Shown piece after piece: positions 61,886 to 64,000 of a DNA stretch of 64,000 nucleotides. Position numbers and translations under genes: made by a program. Numbering within the stretch: position 1 is the first letter of the stretch; each line of letters opens with the position of its first letter. The DNA is from Squalus acanthias (lineage: Eukaryota). The notes under the pieces were generated by a model. That model saw only the letters and a list, made by a program, of their open reading frames with translations, was not told where the DNA came from and ran no database searches. The DNA is taken from contig JASTWF010000034.1 of NCBI GenBank assembly GCA_030390025.1, positions 868,001 to 932,000 of the forward strand, in the 5' to 3' direction.

Positions 61886-62795
61886 GACCCTGTACCCACA
61901 ATGCCCAGTGTCAGTGACCCTGTACCCACAATGCCCAGTGTCAGTGATCCTGTACCCACAATGCCCAGTGTCAGTGACCTTGTACCCCCAATGCCCAGGG
62001 TCAGTGACCCTGCGTCCACAATACCCAGGGTCAGTGACCCTGTGTCCACAATGCCCAGGGTCAGTGATCCTGTACCCACAATGCCCAGGGTCAGTGACTC
62101 TGTGTCCACAATACCCAAGGTCAGTGACCCTGTGTCCACAATGCCCAGGGTCAGTGACCCTGTGTCCACAATACCCAAGGTCAGTGACCCTGTGTCCACA
62201 ATGCCCAGGGTCAGTGACCCTGTACCCACAATGCCCAAGGTCAGTGACCCTGTACCCACAATGCCCAGGGTCAGTGGCCGTGTACCCACAATGCCCAGGG
62301 TCAGTCACCCTGTACCTACAATGCCTTTGTCAGTGACCTTGTACCCACAATGCCCAGGGTCAGTGAACTTGTACCCACAATGACCAGGTTCAGTGACCCT
62401 GTACCCAAAATGCCCTGGGTCAGTGACTTTGTACCCACAATGCCCAGGGTCAGTGACCCTGTACCCACAATGCACAGGGTCAGTGGTTTTGTACCCACAA
62501 TGCCCAGGGTCAGTGACCCTGTGTCCACAATGCCCAGGGTCAGTGACCCTGTGTCCACAATGCCCAGGGTCAGTGACCCTGTATCCACAATCCCCAGGGA
62601 CAGTGACCCTGTGTCCATAATGCACCGGGTCAGTGAGCCTGTGTCTACAATGCCCCGGGTCAGTGACCCTGTGTCTATACTGCCCAAGGTCAGTGACCCT
62701 GTGTCCACAATGCCCAGGGTCAGTGACTCTGTGTCCACAATGCCCAGGGTCAGAGACCCTGTGTCCACAATGCCCAGGGTCAGTGACCCTGTACC
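61885..62795. repeat. 30-bp minisatellite (tcagtgaccctgtacccacaatgcccaggg)
   Basis: About 30 tandem copies. Confidence 0.95.
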
Positions 62796-64000
62796 TTTTA
62801 GCAGTGTGTTACGGTGAGGGGTGTGGGGTATATCAATGTGTGACATTAAGGGTTTTAACCTTTTAGCAGTGTGTAACAGTGAGGGGTGTGGGGATTATCA
62901 ATGTGTGACATTAAGGGTTTGTTCCTTTTAGCAGTGTATAACTGTGAGGGGTGTGGGGTATATCAATGTGTGATATTTAGGGCTTGTTCCTTTTAGCAGT
63001 GTGTAACAGTGAGGGCTGTGGGGTATATCAATGTGTGACATTCAGGGTGTGTTCCTTTTAGCAGTGTGTAACAGTGAGGGGTGTGGGGTATATCAATGTG
63101 TGACATTAACGGTTTGTTCCTTTTAGCAGTGTGTAACAGTGAGGGGTGTGGGATATATCAATGTGTGACATTAAGGGTTTGATCCTTTTAGCAGTGTGTT
63201 ACAGTGAGGGGTGTGGGGTATATCAATGTGTGACATTAAGGGTTTGTTCCTTTTAGCAGTGTGTAACAGTGAGGGGTGTGGGATATATCAATGTGTGACA
63301 TTAAGGATTTGATCCTTTTAGCAGTGTGTAACAGTGAGGGGTGTGGGATATATCAATGTGTGACATTAAGGGTTTGTTCCTTTTAGCAGTGTGTTACATT
63401 GAGGGGTGTGGGGTATATCAATGTGTGACATTAAGGGTTTGTTCCTTTTAGCAGTGTAACAGTGAGGGGTGTGGGGTATATCAGTGTTACAGTGAGGGGT
63501 GTGGGGTATATCAATGTGTGACATTAAGGGTTTGTTCCTTTTAGCAGTGTGTTACAGTGAGGGGTGCGGGGTATATCAATGTGTGACATTAAGGGTTTGA
63601 TCCTTTTAGCAGTGTGTTACAGTGAGGGGTGTGGGGTATATCAATGTGTGACATTAAGTGTTTGTTCCTTTTAGCAGTGTGTTACAGTGAGGGGTGCGGG
63701 ATATATCAATGTGTGACATTAAGGGTTTGATCCTTTTAGCAGTGTGTAACAGTGAGGGGTGTGGGGTATATCAATGTGTGACATTAAGGGTTTGATCCTT
63801 TTAGCAGTGTGTTACAGTGAGGGGTGTGGGGTATATCAATGTGTGACATTAAGGGTTTGACCTTTTAGCAGTGTGTTACAGTGAGGGGTGTGGGGTATAT
63901 CAATGTGTGACATTAAGGGTTTGATCTTTTAGCAGTGTGTAACAGTGAGGGGTGTGGGGTATATCAATGTGAGACATTAAGGTTTGTTCCTTTTAGCAGT
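62796..64000. repeat. 65-bp minisatellite
   Basis: Period 65 (63184 vs 63249). Confidence 0.93.

Noticed and set aside
61567..62866. (TLGIVDTGSL)n ORFs resembling repeated DTG protease motifs
   Set aside because: A 30-bp minisatellite open in several frames; only 61755-61885 looks like real protease sequence

Overview
Repeat-dense vertebrate genomic DNA. It is most likely a shark or other cartilaginous fish, inferred from the CR1/L2/RTE/Penelope repertoire, the 67-bp satellite and the zinc-finger relic. No intact host protein-coding gene is evident. Main contents: (1) a near-intact endogenous retrovirus on the minus strand (1-5928) with 510-bp LTR, tRNA-Ser-type PBS, gag, pol with two RNase H domains, and the start of a hydrophobic env-position ORF running off the window. 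Its gag-pol junction is in frame and carries a TGA-CAGTCA readthrough motif. (2) A complete, very young Gypsy (Mag-like) LTR retrotransposon (49660-54100) with no tRNA PBS but an 11-nt sequence complementary to its own LTR. (3) Penelope-like elements with hammerhead ribozyme motifs, inserted twice at the same site of the 67-bp satellite, one carrying a nested TA-flanked MITE. (4) A full-length decayed RTE LINE and many CR1/L2 fragments. (5) A four-times duplicated promoter/two-exon module with a conserved 31-codon start exon. (6) A C2H2 zinc-finger pseudogene. (7) Several minisatellite arrays (24, 30, 30, 65, 67 bp). The region is built from local segmental duplications. Repeat boundaries were estimated by eye.
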